From the NCBI GenBank assembly GCA_964559675.1, contig CAZLHJ010000001.1, forward strand, positions 56,285-120,284: a stretch of 64,000 bases of DNA, in the 5' to 3' direction. Shown piece after piece: positions 7,799-16,423 of the stretch (within the stretch, counting starts at the first letter, position 1; each line of letters opens with the position of its first letter). Position numbers and translations under genes: made by a program. The DNA is from Candidatus Woesearchaeota archaeon. Its GTDB lineage: Archaea > Nanobdellota > Nanobdellia > Pacearchaeales > GW2011-AR1. The notes beneath the pieces were generated by a model. It worked only from the letters and a program-made list of their open reading frames with translations, did no database searches and was not told the DNA's origin.

Positions 7799-9372
7799 TA
7801 TCTTTTAACTCTACCGTATCTATCTCTTCCGCTTGATCGTCCTCTATCTCCTCTGTCTCGACTTCCAGATCCTTCTCCATCTCTAGATCTTGAACCAAAA
7901 CTTCTTCCGGATGGTCTTCCTCCACCAAATGATCTTCCACCACTAGGTCTTCCACCGAATGATCTGCCTCCAGATCTATTTCCAAAACTTCTTCCAGGCG
8001 GCCTTCCACCAGATGATCCACTACTTCCTTCTCCATCTCTAGATCTTGAACCAAAACTTCTTCCTGATGGTCTTCCTCCACCAAATGATCTTCCACTTCC
8101 TTCTCTTCTATCTGAGAAACTCCTCTCTCTTCCACCGAAACTTCTTCCAGCACCTCTGTCACCTCTTCTTCCGTCTCTTTGCCCATCACGACCTCCTCCA
8201 AATCGTCTATTTCCTCCTCTAGAACCTCTATCATTATTGAACATCTTAAAATTGACATCTAATGTCTCTAATTCTGGAAGTTCAACATTCTGTATATTTA
8301 ATGAAGAATCTTGTTTAACACTTCTGAAATTTTCATAATCTCTTGGAGAAACTAAATTAACTGCAATACCTTCTTTTCCAGCTCTTGCTGTTCTTCCAAT
8401 TCTATGTACGTATTCAGTACTATTTTTCGGAATATCATAATTATAAACGTGTGAAATTCCTTTAATATCTAATCCTCTGGCGGCAACATCTGTACATACT
8501 AATGTTAGAACTTCTTGTGAATGGAATGATTTGATTATATCATTTCTTTTATTCTGCGTTAATCCTCCATGAATTGCCATAGAATGAATTTCATATCTCA
8601 TTAAGTTTCTAACTACCATATCAGTATTTCTTCTTGTGTTACAAAATACCATTACTAATCCCTTTCTTTCCTGCTTTAATAAATGAACAAGTAATGAGAA
8701 TTTCTTATCTTGAGGAACATCATAATAGACTTGTTTCAATTTTGAAGGATCTACATATGATTCAACTTCAACTAAAACTGGGGCCTTCATATATTTTCTA
8801 GAAATTCTTTGGATATCTTGAGACATTGTTGCTGAAAACAATAAGGTCTGTCTTTCTTCAGGACACATCTTAATTATATTTTCAACATCTTTAATGAATC
8901 CCATTTCAAGCATTCTGTCTGCCTCATCTAAAACTAGGTATTTCACTTTCTCTAAATTTAATGTTCTTCTATCTAAATGATCTAAAATTCTTCCAGGAGT
9001 TCCGACAACAATCTCTGCTCTTGCTAAAGCATCAATCTGCGGACCAATAGCAACTCCACCATAAACTTCCTTAACTCTTAATGAATGGTGCCTTGAAAAG
9101 TTTCTAAGACTCTGAGCAACCTGCTCTGCTAATTCTCTTGTAGGTGTTAAGATTAAAGCTTGAATTCCAGCTCCTCTTTTAACGTTATCAATTATTCCAG
9201 CTCCGAATGCTAATGTCTTTCCAGATCCGGTTGAAGAACTACCTAAAACGTCTTTCCCTTGTAATACTAAAGGAATTGTTTTTTCTTGAATCTCACTAGG
9301 CGTTTCGAATTTTGCTTCTTCAATGGCCTTTAAGAGATTTTCACTTAATTTTAATTCTCTAAATTTTTCCAT
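7795..9372 (-). CDS. DEAD-box ATP-dependent RNA helicase with about 170-aa C-terminal RGG/GRSFGG repeat tail
   Basis: Motifs GSGKT, PTRELA, DEAD (VLDEADRMLEMGF), SAT, HRIGRTARAG. The C-terminus is made of repeated GRSFGG/RDGEGS units. Confidence 0.9.
   Translation of the reverse strand: MEKFRELKLSENLLKAIEEAKFETPSEIQEKTIPLVLQGKDVLGSSSTGSGKTLAFGAGIIDNVKRGAGIQALILTPTRELAEQVAQSLRNFSRHHSLRVKEVYGGVAIGPQIDALARAEIVVGTPGRILDHLDRRTLNLEKVKYLVLDEADRMLEMGFIKDVENIIKMCPEERQTLLFSATMSQDIQRISRKYMKAPVLVEVESYVDPSKLKQVYYDVPQDKKFSLLVHLLKQERKGLVMVFCNTRRNTDMVVRNLMRYEIHSMAIHGGLTQNKRNDIIKSFHSQEVLTLVCTDVAARGLDIKGISHVYNYDIPKNSTEYVHRIGRTARAGKEGIAVNLVSPRDYENFRSVKQDSSLNIQNVELPELETLDVNFKMFNNDRGSRGGNRRFGGGRDGQRDGRRGDRGAGRSFGGRERSFSDRREGSGRSFGGGRPSGRSFGSRSRDGEGSSGSSGGRPPGRSFGNRSGGRSFGGRPSGGRSFGGGRPSGRSFGSRSRDGEGSGSRDRGDRGRSSGRDRYGRVKRY
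7873..8096. repeat. about 68-bp near-perfect direct repeat (two copies 156 bp apart) inside the helicase RGG-tail coding region
   Basis: cttctccatctctagatcttgaaccaaaacttcttcc(g/t)gatggtcttcctccaccaaatgatcttccac at 7873..7940 and 8029..8096. Confidence 0.8.
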
Positions 9373-9503
9373 TTTGTCTCGGACTAATCATGTTAGTCAA
9401 CAGTTATTCAGTTTATCGAAGAAATAGATCACTTAAGTCTATTTCGTACACGTTATACTTATACTGATATAATAAGTTATTCTGGAGGGTATTTAAAACT
9501 ATG

Positions 9504-9899
9504 CTAATCAGCTTTGAAGAATTCTATCGGGACAGACTCTCTTTGTAATTTATAGCCTTCAATAATTCTATTCAGTCTAGATATTCTCTCACTTTCTGTT
9601 TCCGCGTCTTCAAAAATTAATTTATTCAGCGCGCCTTCTCCTGCAAATTGGTGAGAATAATCTCTAGCCGTCCAAATTCTTCCAATTTCAATCATTCCAT
9701 TTCTACAATCATAAATTGGAATGACTCCATTAAAAACAATTTTTCTCTCTCCATCCATATCAACTAGAGATTTAATCGCCTCTGCATGAAATATATGTCC
9801 TCCAACCCATTCCTCCAAAATCTCTCTTTTTCCAATTACTCCTCTAATTGGTAAATCTCTTGGTAATTCCAAATCTCTTAAATAAATAGATCCACTCAT
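9504..9899 (-). CDS. hypothetical protein
   Basis: 131-aa ORF immediately downstream of the ADP-ribosylglycohydrolase gene; no recognisable motif. Confidence 0.4.
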   Translation of the reverse strand: MSGSIYLRDLELPRDLPIRGVIGKREILEEWVGGHIFHAEAIKSLVDMDGERKIVFNGVIPIYDCRNGMIEIGRIWTARDYSHQFAGEGALNKLIFEDAETESERISRLNRIIEGYKLQRESVPIEFFKAD

Positions 9900-9939
9900 A
9901 GTTTTACCTCAAAAAGAGTCTTTTTAAAACTATCCCGAA

Positions 9940-11001
9940 TTAATTTAAATCGTAAATTCTATCTGCTAAATTAACTATCTTCATCTTATCTTTTAAATCA
10001 TCTAACCAACTTTCTCTGAAGAACATCCCATGTCTTGCTCCAGCCAACGCTCCAAATATTGCTCCAGTAGTATCGCAATCTCCTCCATAATTAACTGTTT
10101 CAAGCAATCCTTTCTGAGGCTCATCCCAAAACTTCTGAAACATAAATAAAGCAAAAGGATAAGATTTGTAAACAAGACTAGAATTCCCTAATTCATTAAA
10201 TGCCTCTTCACAGCTTTTATCTTTATTATCTGAAATCCATCTAATTCTTTGAGCCATATCTATTTGAGGATCTTTTCCAGCTTTTGGTTTCCAATTTTCT
10301 TCCCAAATTTTTGAAACACAGAAAATATCTTCCAAAAATTCTTCCTTATTTGCTCCGTTAAGTAATCTATAAATTGCGCTAGCTTGTATCACTCCACTTA
10401 CAACTGATCTAGGATCCAAATGAGTTATCTTTCCAACTAATCCTGCTTGCTCTAATCCTCCCATATAGTTTTGAGTTGCGTGCATGAACATTCCAAGCGG
10501 ATGCATTTTCATAGCAGGACCATTTCCAGCTCCAAATAAAACTCCAGAAGTATAAGGGATCCCCTCTTTTCTAAAATTTTCAAATGCTTTAATAGTTGAA
10601 CCTCCAAACCCTCCAAAAACGCTCCCATCCGGTCTTAATCTCTCTTCATATTCAGCAACTTGTCTTCTTGCAATATCCCATAAATCAAATTCTTTCTTAT
10701 CAGCTAAAGATTCTGCAAGCGCAAGAGTAAGGATAGTGTCATCTGTAAATTCCCCTTTCTTAAAATCTTTAGTCCAATATTTTAATTTTCCATATTCGTC
10801 TTCAGTTATTAAATTACCTTCAGAATCTCTTAAAACTACTGGATCAATTGGAGTTTCAATTCTCCCAGCGTATTTCAGAATTTGTTCTCTCTTCCAACCC
10901 TCAACAGGCATTCCAAGAGTATCTCCAACCGCACACCCTAAAAGAACTGCCCTATATTTATCTCTAGTCATATTAGAAAACAGGCCAAACCCATCTATCA
11001 A
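9940..11001 (-). CDS. ADP-ribosylglycohydrolase (DraG/ARH family)
   Basis: LGCAVGDTLGMPVEG near the N-terminus and GGDCDTTGAIFGALAGARHG near the C-terminus, the two metal-binding signature blocks of the family. Confidence 0.85.
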   Translation of the reverse strand: MIDGFGLFSNMTRDKYRAVLLGCAVGDTLGMPVEGWKREQILKYAGRIETPIDPVVLRDSEGNLITEDEYGKLKYWTKDFKKGEFTDDTILTLALAESLADKKEFDLWDIARRQVAEYEERLRPDGSVFGGFGGSTIKAFENFRKEGIPYTSGVLFGAGNGPAMKMHPLGMFMHATQNYMGGLEQAGLVGKITHLDPRSVVSGVIQASAIYRLLNGANKEEFLEDIFCVSKIWEENWKPKAGKDPQIDMAQRIRWISDNKDKSCEEAFNELGNSSLVYKSYPFALFMFQKFWDEPQKGLLETVNYGGDCDTTGAIFGALAGARHGMFFRESWLDDLKDKMKIVNLADRIYDLN

Positions 11002-11467
11002 AAAATCCAGAATTATCTTCTAAACAATCCCAAAGGTTTTTTGTCGGCACTCTCTCAAAATCTAAACTTCCGTCTGTTTTTTTATAACCTAATTGATCTG
11101 TAATTACAGCGTCAATTTGTACATGGTCAAAATCTGGATTTCTTTCCCTTACGTCTTGCCTTATATGATTTAGTAAATCGTTTCTCAAATCATCTCCCTG
11201 CCAGGTAACTTTATTATATGCAGTTCTAAGAAAATCTACCGGACCATAATTATAATTTGATACTGCCAAGGTGATTCCAATGGCTCCCATTATCAAACAC
11301 CCCTTATTACCCACACATCCTGAAGAATCATTTCCTCTTGAAGGTCTACCAGTTTCGCCTTGTATAGTGTAACGACCACCATCGCCATCTCTTTCTAAAA
11401 CTGCTTGAGTTCCACTAGAATAATCTCTCGGCCCCTTTACTCTTTTTACATCTACTCTCTCAACCAT
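10973..11467 (-). CDS. hypothetical protein translationally overlapped with the ARH gene
   Basis: 164-aa ORF overlapping the ARH start by 29 bp; no recognisable domain. Confidence 0.45.
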   Translation of the reverse strand: MVERVDVKRVKGPRDYSSGTQAVLERDGDGGRYTIQGETGRPSRGNDSSGCVGNKGCLIMGAIGITLAVSNYNYGPVDFLRTAYNKVTWQGDDLRNDLLNHIRQDVRERNPDFDHVQIDAVITDQLGYKKTDGSLDFERVPTKNLWDCLEDNSGFFDRWVWPVF

Positions 11468-11501
11468 AAAAAATCAATTAAAACTCTGTTTTTAAATTTT
11501 G

Positions 11502-12161
11502 TTATAAAATTTCAACTATCTCATTAACCTTTGTTTTCAATGAATATAATTTAGGGGGCCTATATGAAACTCCTTCTAAAACGTCTTCTTCTTTTAAGAT
11601 ATTTAGCGAATGAATCTTCTTTGCAAAATTTCTCTTATCAAACTTTTTTTTAAAGACGATTTCATAAATTTTTTGAAGTTGAGCAATTGTAAATTTCTTA
11701 GGTAATAATGAAAATGCAACTGTAGTGTATTCAAATTTCCACCTTAGTCTCTTTATTGCATACTCTAAAATTTCTTTATGATCGAAAGAAAGTTTTGGGA
11801 GTTTAGAAACACTAAACCATTCTGCCTCTGAAACGTCAGTTGAAGCACTAAGCTTTATTTTTTCAGAATTTATAAGTGCAATATAAGAAACAGTTATAAC
11901 TCTCCCTCTTGGATCTCTTTTAGGATTTCCAAATGTATAAAGTTGCTCAAGATAAACGTCCTTTACCCCCGTCTCTTCCTCTAATTCTCTTTTTGCAGAC
12001 TCTTCCAAGGATTCGTCCATCTTGATGAATCCCCCAGGTATTGCCCACATTCCCTTAAACGGTTCGACGTCTCTTTTAACCAGAAGAGCTTTCAATTCTT
12101 CTTGATGAATGGTAAAGATGACTGTGTCAACAGTTACAGAAGGTTTAACATATTCTGCCAT
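11502..12161 (-). CDS. NUDIX hydrolase (ADP-ribose pyrophosphatase-like) with C-terminal extension
   Basis: Nudix box GGFIKMDESLEESAKRELEEETGV. Confidence 0.85.
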   Translation of the reverse strand: MAEYVKPSVTVDTVIFTIHQEELKALLVKRDVEPFKGMWAIPGGFIKMDESLEESAKRELEEETGVKDVYLEQLYTFGNPKRDPRGRVITVSYIALINSEKIKLSASTDVSEAEWFSVSKLPKLSFDHKEILEYAIKRLRWKFEYTTVAFSLLPKKFTIAQLQKIYEIVFKKKFDKRNFAKKIHSLNILKEEDVLEGVSYRPPKLYSLKTKVNEIVEIL

Positions 12162-12162
12162 A

Positions 12163-12177
12163 GTGTATAAAATACAA
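12163..12177. promoter_or_regulatory. start-adjacent motif AGTGTATAAAATACA (shared with 13789..13805)
   Basis: Lies 1 nt upstream of the NUDIX start codon. Same 15-mer as the palindrome before the radical-SAM gene. Confidence 0.4.
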
Positions 12178-12184
12178 GAATCTA

Positions 12185-12673
12185 TTAAAACTTTTCTTTT
12201 ATAACATTAAAGACTTCTTCAGGTACGAGGAGTTTTACCTCTTCAAATTTTCTTTCACGAATTAATTTTTTTATATCTGTACCAGAAATCTGATTGTATC
12301 TTTTAAACTTTCTAATTTTTACATTTACTTTTCTCCAAGGAACATTATAATCTACCCCAGAGTAGATATTTGTTGGAAGTTCACCAACTAATGATAAAAC
12401 ACAGCTGGATAAAACCACATCCCACTGAGCTTCTTTAGAATGAGGGGAATCTAAATCAATATTTGCACCGATAAAAAGTTTCTTATTAGAACAAAAAATT
12501 TTCTTAATCATTTCTTTTCTCTCAAGTAAAGAAAATGGGTTTTTTTCATCTTTTTTATCGATTGAACCAATGAGGACTACTCCGACATCGCATTCCTCAA
12601 GCATTTTATCAACTAGGAATTTATGTCCATTATGAAATGGTTGAAATCTTCCATGAACTAATCCAATTTTCAT
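12185..12673 (-). CDS. nicotinamide-nucleotide adenylyltransferase (archaeal NMNAT-like cytidylyltransferase fold)
   Basis: MKIGLVHGRFQPFHNGHKFLV (the HxGH motif) in a small 162-aa protein, typical of archaeal NMNAT. Confidence 0.75.
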   Translation of the reverse strand: MKIGLVHGRFQPFHNGHKFLVDKMLEECDVGVVLIGSIDKKDEKNPFSLLERKEMIKKIFCSNKKLFIGANIDLDSPHSKEAQWDVVLSSCVLSLVGELPTNIYSGVDYNVPWRKVNVKIRKFKRYNQISGTDIKKLIRERKFEEVKLLVPEEVFNVIKEKF

Positions 12674-12721
12674 TTTAAATAAAAATAAAAGAACTTTAAA
12701 TACTTATACAGTTTAACAAAA

Positions 12722-13783
12722 TTACCTATTTATTCCTTCAATTTTGATTATGCTCTCCATCGTTTTTAAGGTACTTCCTCCCAAAACTGCATTCCCGCAA
12801 GTTACCAAACCGTCTTCTTCATCAATTGATGGAACGAAGACTAAGACATCAAATCCTTCTCTCTTTAAATCTTCTTCAGGTTTTTGGTAGGGTTTCCAAG
12901 AATTATATCCTCCAAGAGTTACAATTCCATTTTCACGACAAGCATTATTATTGTGAATAGGGGTTATTTTAGCCATAAATTTATCTCTGTCGAATAAAGC
13001 CGCAATTTTCTTAGCATCAATTTCAAAATTAGTAGAGTATGCAAAATTTAAGCAATATTTCCGACTAACAGGAGGAGGTAATTTTCTAGCAATCCTTGCA
13101 AAATCTTCAAGATGTAATTGTTGATTTCCAAACATCTCTGTCCTTTGATCTTCATCTGTCGAATTTATACTAAATTGCAGACCAGCTTGCCCATTATAAA
13201 CTTCGTTTTTAATTCTACACCATTCCAGGATTCTATCTTCCAATATTCTAAATTTTCTTGGTAATGAGGTGGTTAAAACAGGATGTAAAACTTCAATTCT
13301 CAATCCAGTATCTTCTTGAACTTTTCTTTTATTTAATTGAAGCCATTCCGAAAATGCAAATACATTTTCATTAAAAATTGGATCACCCATTCTTGCATAA
13401 TGTAAGTTTAGTCTTTCTGTATATTTAATTTCTGGAAATAATTCTAGCGCATTGTAAAGTTGATGTTGCAAATCCTCAAATGTTGCATTTCCTCTAAATT
13501 TTACATTAGGTACATCACAAAAGGAACACTTCATAGGACAGCCATATTGTGTACTTACAGTTACAACCCATTTCTCACTTAAGGGCATACAATTAGTATT
13601 TGGTACTCCTTCTATCTGTTTTGTGTACCCCAAAAAGTCTGCCTTCACATTCTTAGATTTCCCATAGTCTCCAATAGATAATGTTTCAAGTTCTCCTTTT
13701 GAATAATTACCTACAAAAAGGTATCCTGTAGGAATAGGATATCTTCTCGTTATTGTATTTGGGGTATAATGATTTATTTTCAT
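12722..13783 (-). CDS. radical SAM enzyme, RlmN/Cfr-like
   Basis: VSTQYGCPMKCSFCDV, a CxxxCxxC motif with the RlmN-like preceding STQ.GC; C-terminal conserved Cys in GLVTCGNAV. Confidence 0.55.
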   Translation of the reverse strand: MKINHYTPNTITRRYPIPTGYLFVGNYSKGELETLSIGDYGKSKNVKADFLGYTKQIEGVPNTNCMPLSEKWVVTVSTQYGCPMKCSFCDVPNVKFRGNATFEDLQHQLYNALELFPEIKYTERLNLHYARMGDPIFNENVFAFSEWLQLNKRKVQEDTGLRIEVLHPVLTTSLPRKFRILEDRILEWCRIKNEVYNGQAGLQFSINSTDEDQRTEMFGNQQLHLEDFARIARKLPPPVSRKYCLNFAYSTNFEIDAKKIAALFDRDKFMAKITPIHNNNACRENGIVTLGGYNSWKPYQKPEEDLKREGFDVLVFVPSIDEEDGLVTCGNAVLGGSTLKTMESIIKIEGINR

Positions 13784-13788
13784 ACCTT

Positions 13789-13805
13789 AGTGTATAAAAT
13801 ACACT
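13789..13805. promoter_or_regulatory. 17-bp perfect palindrome AGTGTAT-AAA-ATACACT, 5 nt upstream of the start codon
   Basis: Seen directly in the sequence. Its 15-mer recurs at 12163..12177. Confidence 0.45.
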
Positions 13806-13898
13806 ATATAAATCTTTCTATATCAAACAATACAAAAGAAAATCGCCAAATTTAAATAATCCTTAACCTTTCTAAAAACATCAAAAAGAGAGTGTGAG

Positions 13899-14190
13899 AT
13901 GAACGAAATTTTGTTAAATGAGGTTCTTATTCCTGCTGCAATCGGAGGAGTTGGAGGTCTAACAAGAGGAGTTGTTGGCTTATTGAAGGCGCTTTCTTTA
14001 AGGAGAAGAATTATTTGGGGCTATTATCTAATCACAGTTATTGTTGCAGCAATCATCGGAATTTTCATTGGAATAGTTTTCAATTTTGATTATCGTCTTG
14101 CTTTTACTTGCAGGTTACGCAGGCACAGATATTTTAGAAGGGATTTACAAATCTTTCAAAGTCGATAAAACATATGTTGTTAAAAAATGA
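13899..14190 (+). CDS. small membrane protein with apparent frameshift near 14079..14087
   Basis: Frame 1 gives MNEILLNEVLIPAAIGGVGG...IGIVFNF. The +1 frame continues as SILIIVLLLLAGYAGTDILEGIYKSFKVDKTYVVKK and ends in an ATGA overlap with the next gene. The listed ORF tail, DYRLAFTCRLRRHRYF, looks out of frame. Confidence 0.4.
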
Positions 14191-14411
14191 GCAAAAAGAA
14201 AATTTCAATCGAAGTAGATTCTGAAGAACTTTCTGTTTTAGAAAAACGTGCAAAGAAAAATTTCATGACAGTTCAAGAATTAATTGAGGATATAATAAGA
14301 AGAAGCTCAATTTCATATAAAAAAGGCACAACAACTCGAGAGATTAAAGTGGATGATCCAATAGTCGCAGTTTTCTCTCGCCAAAATTCCGGAAGAAAAA
14401 AGAAAAATTAG
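14187..14411 (+). CDS. ribbon-helix-helix (CopG/Arc-like) small DNA-binding protein
   Basis: KKISIEVDSEELSVLEKRAKKNFMTVQELIEDIIRR shows the beta-alpha-alpha RHH pattern. Basic C-terminal tail. Confidence 0.45.
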   Translation: MSKKKISIEVDSEELSVLEKRAKKNFMTVQELIEDIIRRSSISYKKGTTTREIKVDDPIVAVFSRQNSGRKKKN

Positions 14412-15814
14412 AATAATGTTCTAATCACATCAGAAGCCGTATTCTTTCCAGATCTGTGGTCACTAGGGGTTTTTGGAAATACGACAATATATTTTGGATC
14501 CGCTGTAATGGTCAATTTGTAATGGTTTCCATCTTCATCTATCTCAAATCCCATCTCATTCAACTCCTTTCTCATTCCAGCATTTAATCTATTATATCCA
14601 TTAAATAATCTTTTAACTCTCTCAACGATAGCATCTCTTTCATTTCCTAGAGGGTTAGCTTGAATCACTGCTTCTATAATATCGTGCCTTCTAGTTCTTA
14701 CAGGTACTCCATTTAAAGCATTCGCTAATTCTTGAATTACTACGGTTTTTGTTTCTTCATCATACGCTTGAGAGACTTGAGGGTCAACTAAAAAATTAGA
14801 CATATCTGAAACTATCGGTTTCTTTCTCAATTGCGATTGTAGTGCTATAACTGTATTTTCAAGACTTTGAATTTGAGAAGACTTATCTCCAAGTTCTTGG
14901 CTATAAAGCTCCAATAAGGTATTCGTATCTTGGCTATTCGATGTCCTAATTTGCTCAATTTGTTTTTGATTATTCAAGCTTTGAATGTTTTCCCAAGTAA
15001 GTGGTCTAGAAAGTCTTGTATATTGCAATGCTTTTACAATTATATCTAAAGTTTTCTGAATTATTTCCTTAGGTTCATGATTTGAATAATCTCTAGGTAA
15101 TAGGAAACTCCTTCCCAATCCTTCTGGCCAATATACACCTATAGCTCCTCCGAAAACATTAGCTCCTCTAGTCGCATCTCTTAGATTCAATGAGAATTTT
15201 TTATCAGGTTCAACGAATACATGAGATAATCCAGATAAAGCACTTGCTAGTCTATCGGGATTAACTAAATAAAATCCCCTAGGGTCTTTACTAACATAGA
15301 CTATTGGGAGTACATTTTCTCCATGTCCCAAAATTAAATCTGCAAATCTATTCTCTTGTCCAAAATCTAACAAATAAGGCCTATCTTTAACAAGAACTTC
15401 TCCATCCATCCCTCCTCCGAGTTCCTCAAGCAAAGTTTTAATTACATAAGGCTTTCTACTATGCGGAATAGAGGCTTTTCCAACTGCAGAATCATAATCT
15501 ACTGTAATCCCTACCCAAAATTTAGAATCATCTTTTGTTCCAACTACACGAGTATACCATGTATCTATCCCATGTTCTCCAGGATGAGTATATGCCAATC
15601 CCAATGTATTATAATCTTCCCCATTAACTCTTCCTAATTCTACTGTTTTGCCTTCAGATTTTATAATCTCTCCATGAAAGACAAGTTTGTCCAAATCTCC
15701 CCTTTTAAAAGAAGCGTGTGGGCTCCCAAGTATCCATTTCTTTCCCGCTTCAAGAAATTCATCCAATGTAGCAGATGAATCTACTGGAAATTGAGTTGAA
15801 AATAATCTCGCCAT
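14408..15814 (-). CDS. hypothetical 468-aa protein with central coiled coil
   Basis: No recognisable catalytic motif; central Q/S-rich coiled-coil segment. Convergent with, and overlapping, the RHH gene. Confidence 0.5.
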   Translation of the reverse strand: MARLFSTQFPVDSSATLDEFLEAGKKWILGSPHASFKRGDLDKLVFHGEIIKSEGKTVELGRVNGEDYNTLGLAYTHPGEHGIDTWYTRVVGTKDDSKFWVGITVDYDSAVGKASIPHSRKPYVIKTLLEELGGGMDGEVLVKDRPYLLDFGQENRFADLILGHGENVLPIVYVSKDPRGFYLVNPDRLASALSGLSHVFVEPDKKFSLNLRDATRGANVFGGAIGVYWPEGLGRSFLLPRDYSNHEPKEIIQKTLDIIVKALQYTRLSRPLTWENIQSLNNQKQIEQIRTSNSQDTNTLLELYSQELGDKSSQIQSLENTVIALQSQLRKKPIVSDMSNFLVDPQVSQAYDEETKTVVIQELANALNGVPVRTRRHDIIEAVIQANPLGNERDAIVERVKRLFNGYNRLNAGMRKELNEMGFEIDEDGNHYKLTITADPKYIVVFPKTPSDHRSGKNTASDVIRTLF

Positions 15815-15844
15815 TAAATTAATCTAAAATTCGGATTTAAAAAG

Positions 15845-16393
15845 CTATCTTTTCCAATCTTCTCTAAGTAATCCGTAAACATGAGTATCTGCAATTTCTC
15901 CAGTAGATTTGGCTCTATGATACTTTATTCTAGTTCCTTCAAAATTAAATCCGAACCTTTTAATCAATGAATTAGAGGCCTCATTTAAAGTAAATGCGCT
16001 TATATCTATCCTGCCAAGATTAAGCTCATCAAACGCGAACTTAATAATTGCTTCCAGTGCTTCAGACATAATTCCCTTTCTCCAATGTGATTCTCCAAGC
16101 CAATATCCTATCTCTCCTTTCGATTGAAATTGATCGACATGGGTTAAACCAATCATGCCTATTACTCGGTCATCTCCCTTTAAGGTAATTCCCAATTCAT
16201 AATTCTCTCTTGGACTTTTTCCATTTTGTTCTTTACAATATTTTACAAAACCTTCTGCGTCTTTAATTGTATAAGGGTAGGGCACAACAAGTAAATATCT
16301 AGATACGTTTAGATTATCTGCATTTTCTTGAATGGATTTTTCATCTCCCTCTTTCAAATCTCTCAAAATTAATCTTTCAGTTTGAATTTCCAT
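15845..16393 (-). CDS. GNAT N-acetyltransferase (RimJ/RimL-like)
   Basis: TERLILRDLKEGD... followed by a GNAT core (HWRKGIMSEALEAIIKFAF). Confidence 0.8.
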   Translation of the reverse strand: MEIQTERLILRDLKEGDEKSIQENADNLNVSRYLLVVPYPYTIKDAEGFVKYCKEQNGKSPRENYELGITLKGDDRVIGMIGLTHVDQFQSKGEIGYWLGESHWRKGIMSEALEAIIKFAFDELNLGRIDISAFTLNEASNSLIKRFGFNFEGTRIKYHRAKSTGEIADTHVYGLLREDWKR

Positions 16394-16423
16394 AATTTTT
16401 CATATGGATTTAATATATATAAA

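Noticed and set aside
7740-8258. 172-aa acidic ORF (EEVEDHLVEED...) on the minus strand
   Set aside because: It is the alternative reading frame of the helicase RGG-repeat DNA. Repetitive low-complexity sequence keeps that frame open. It overlaps the helicase C-terminus completely.
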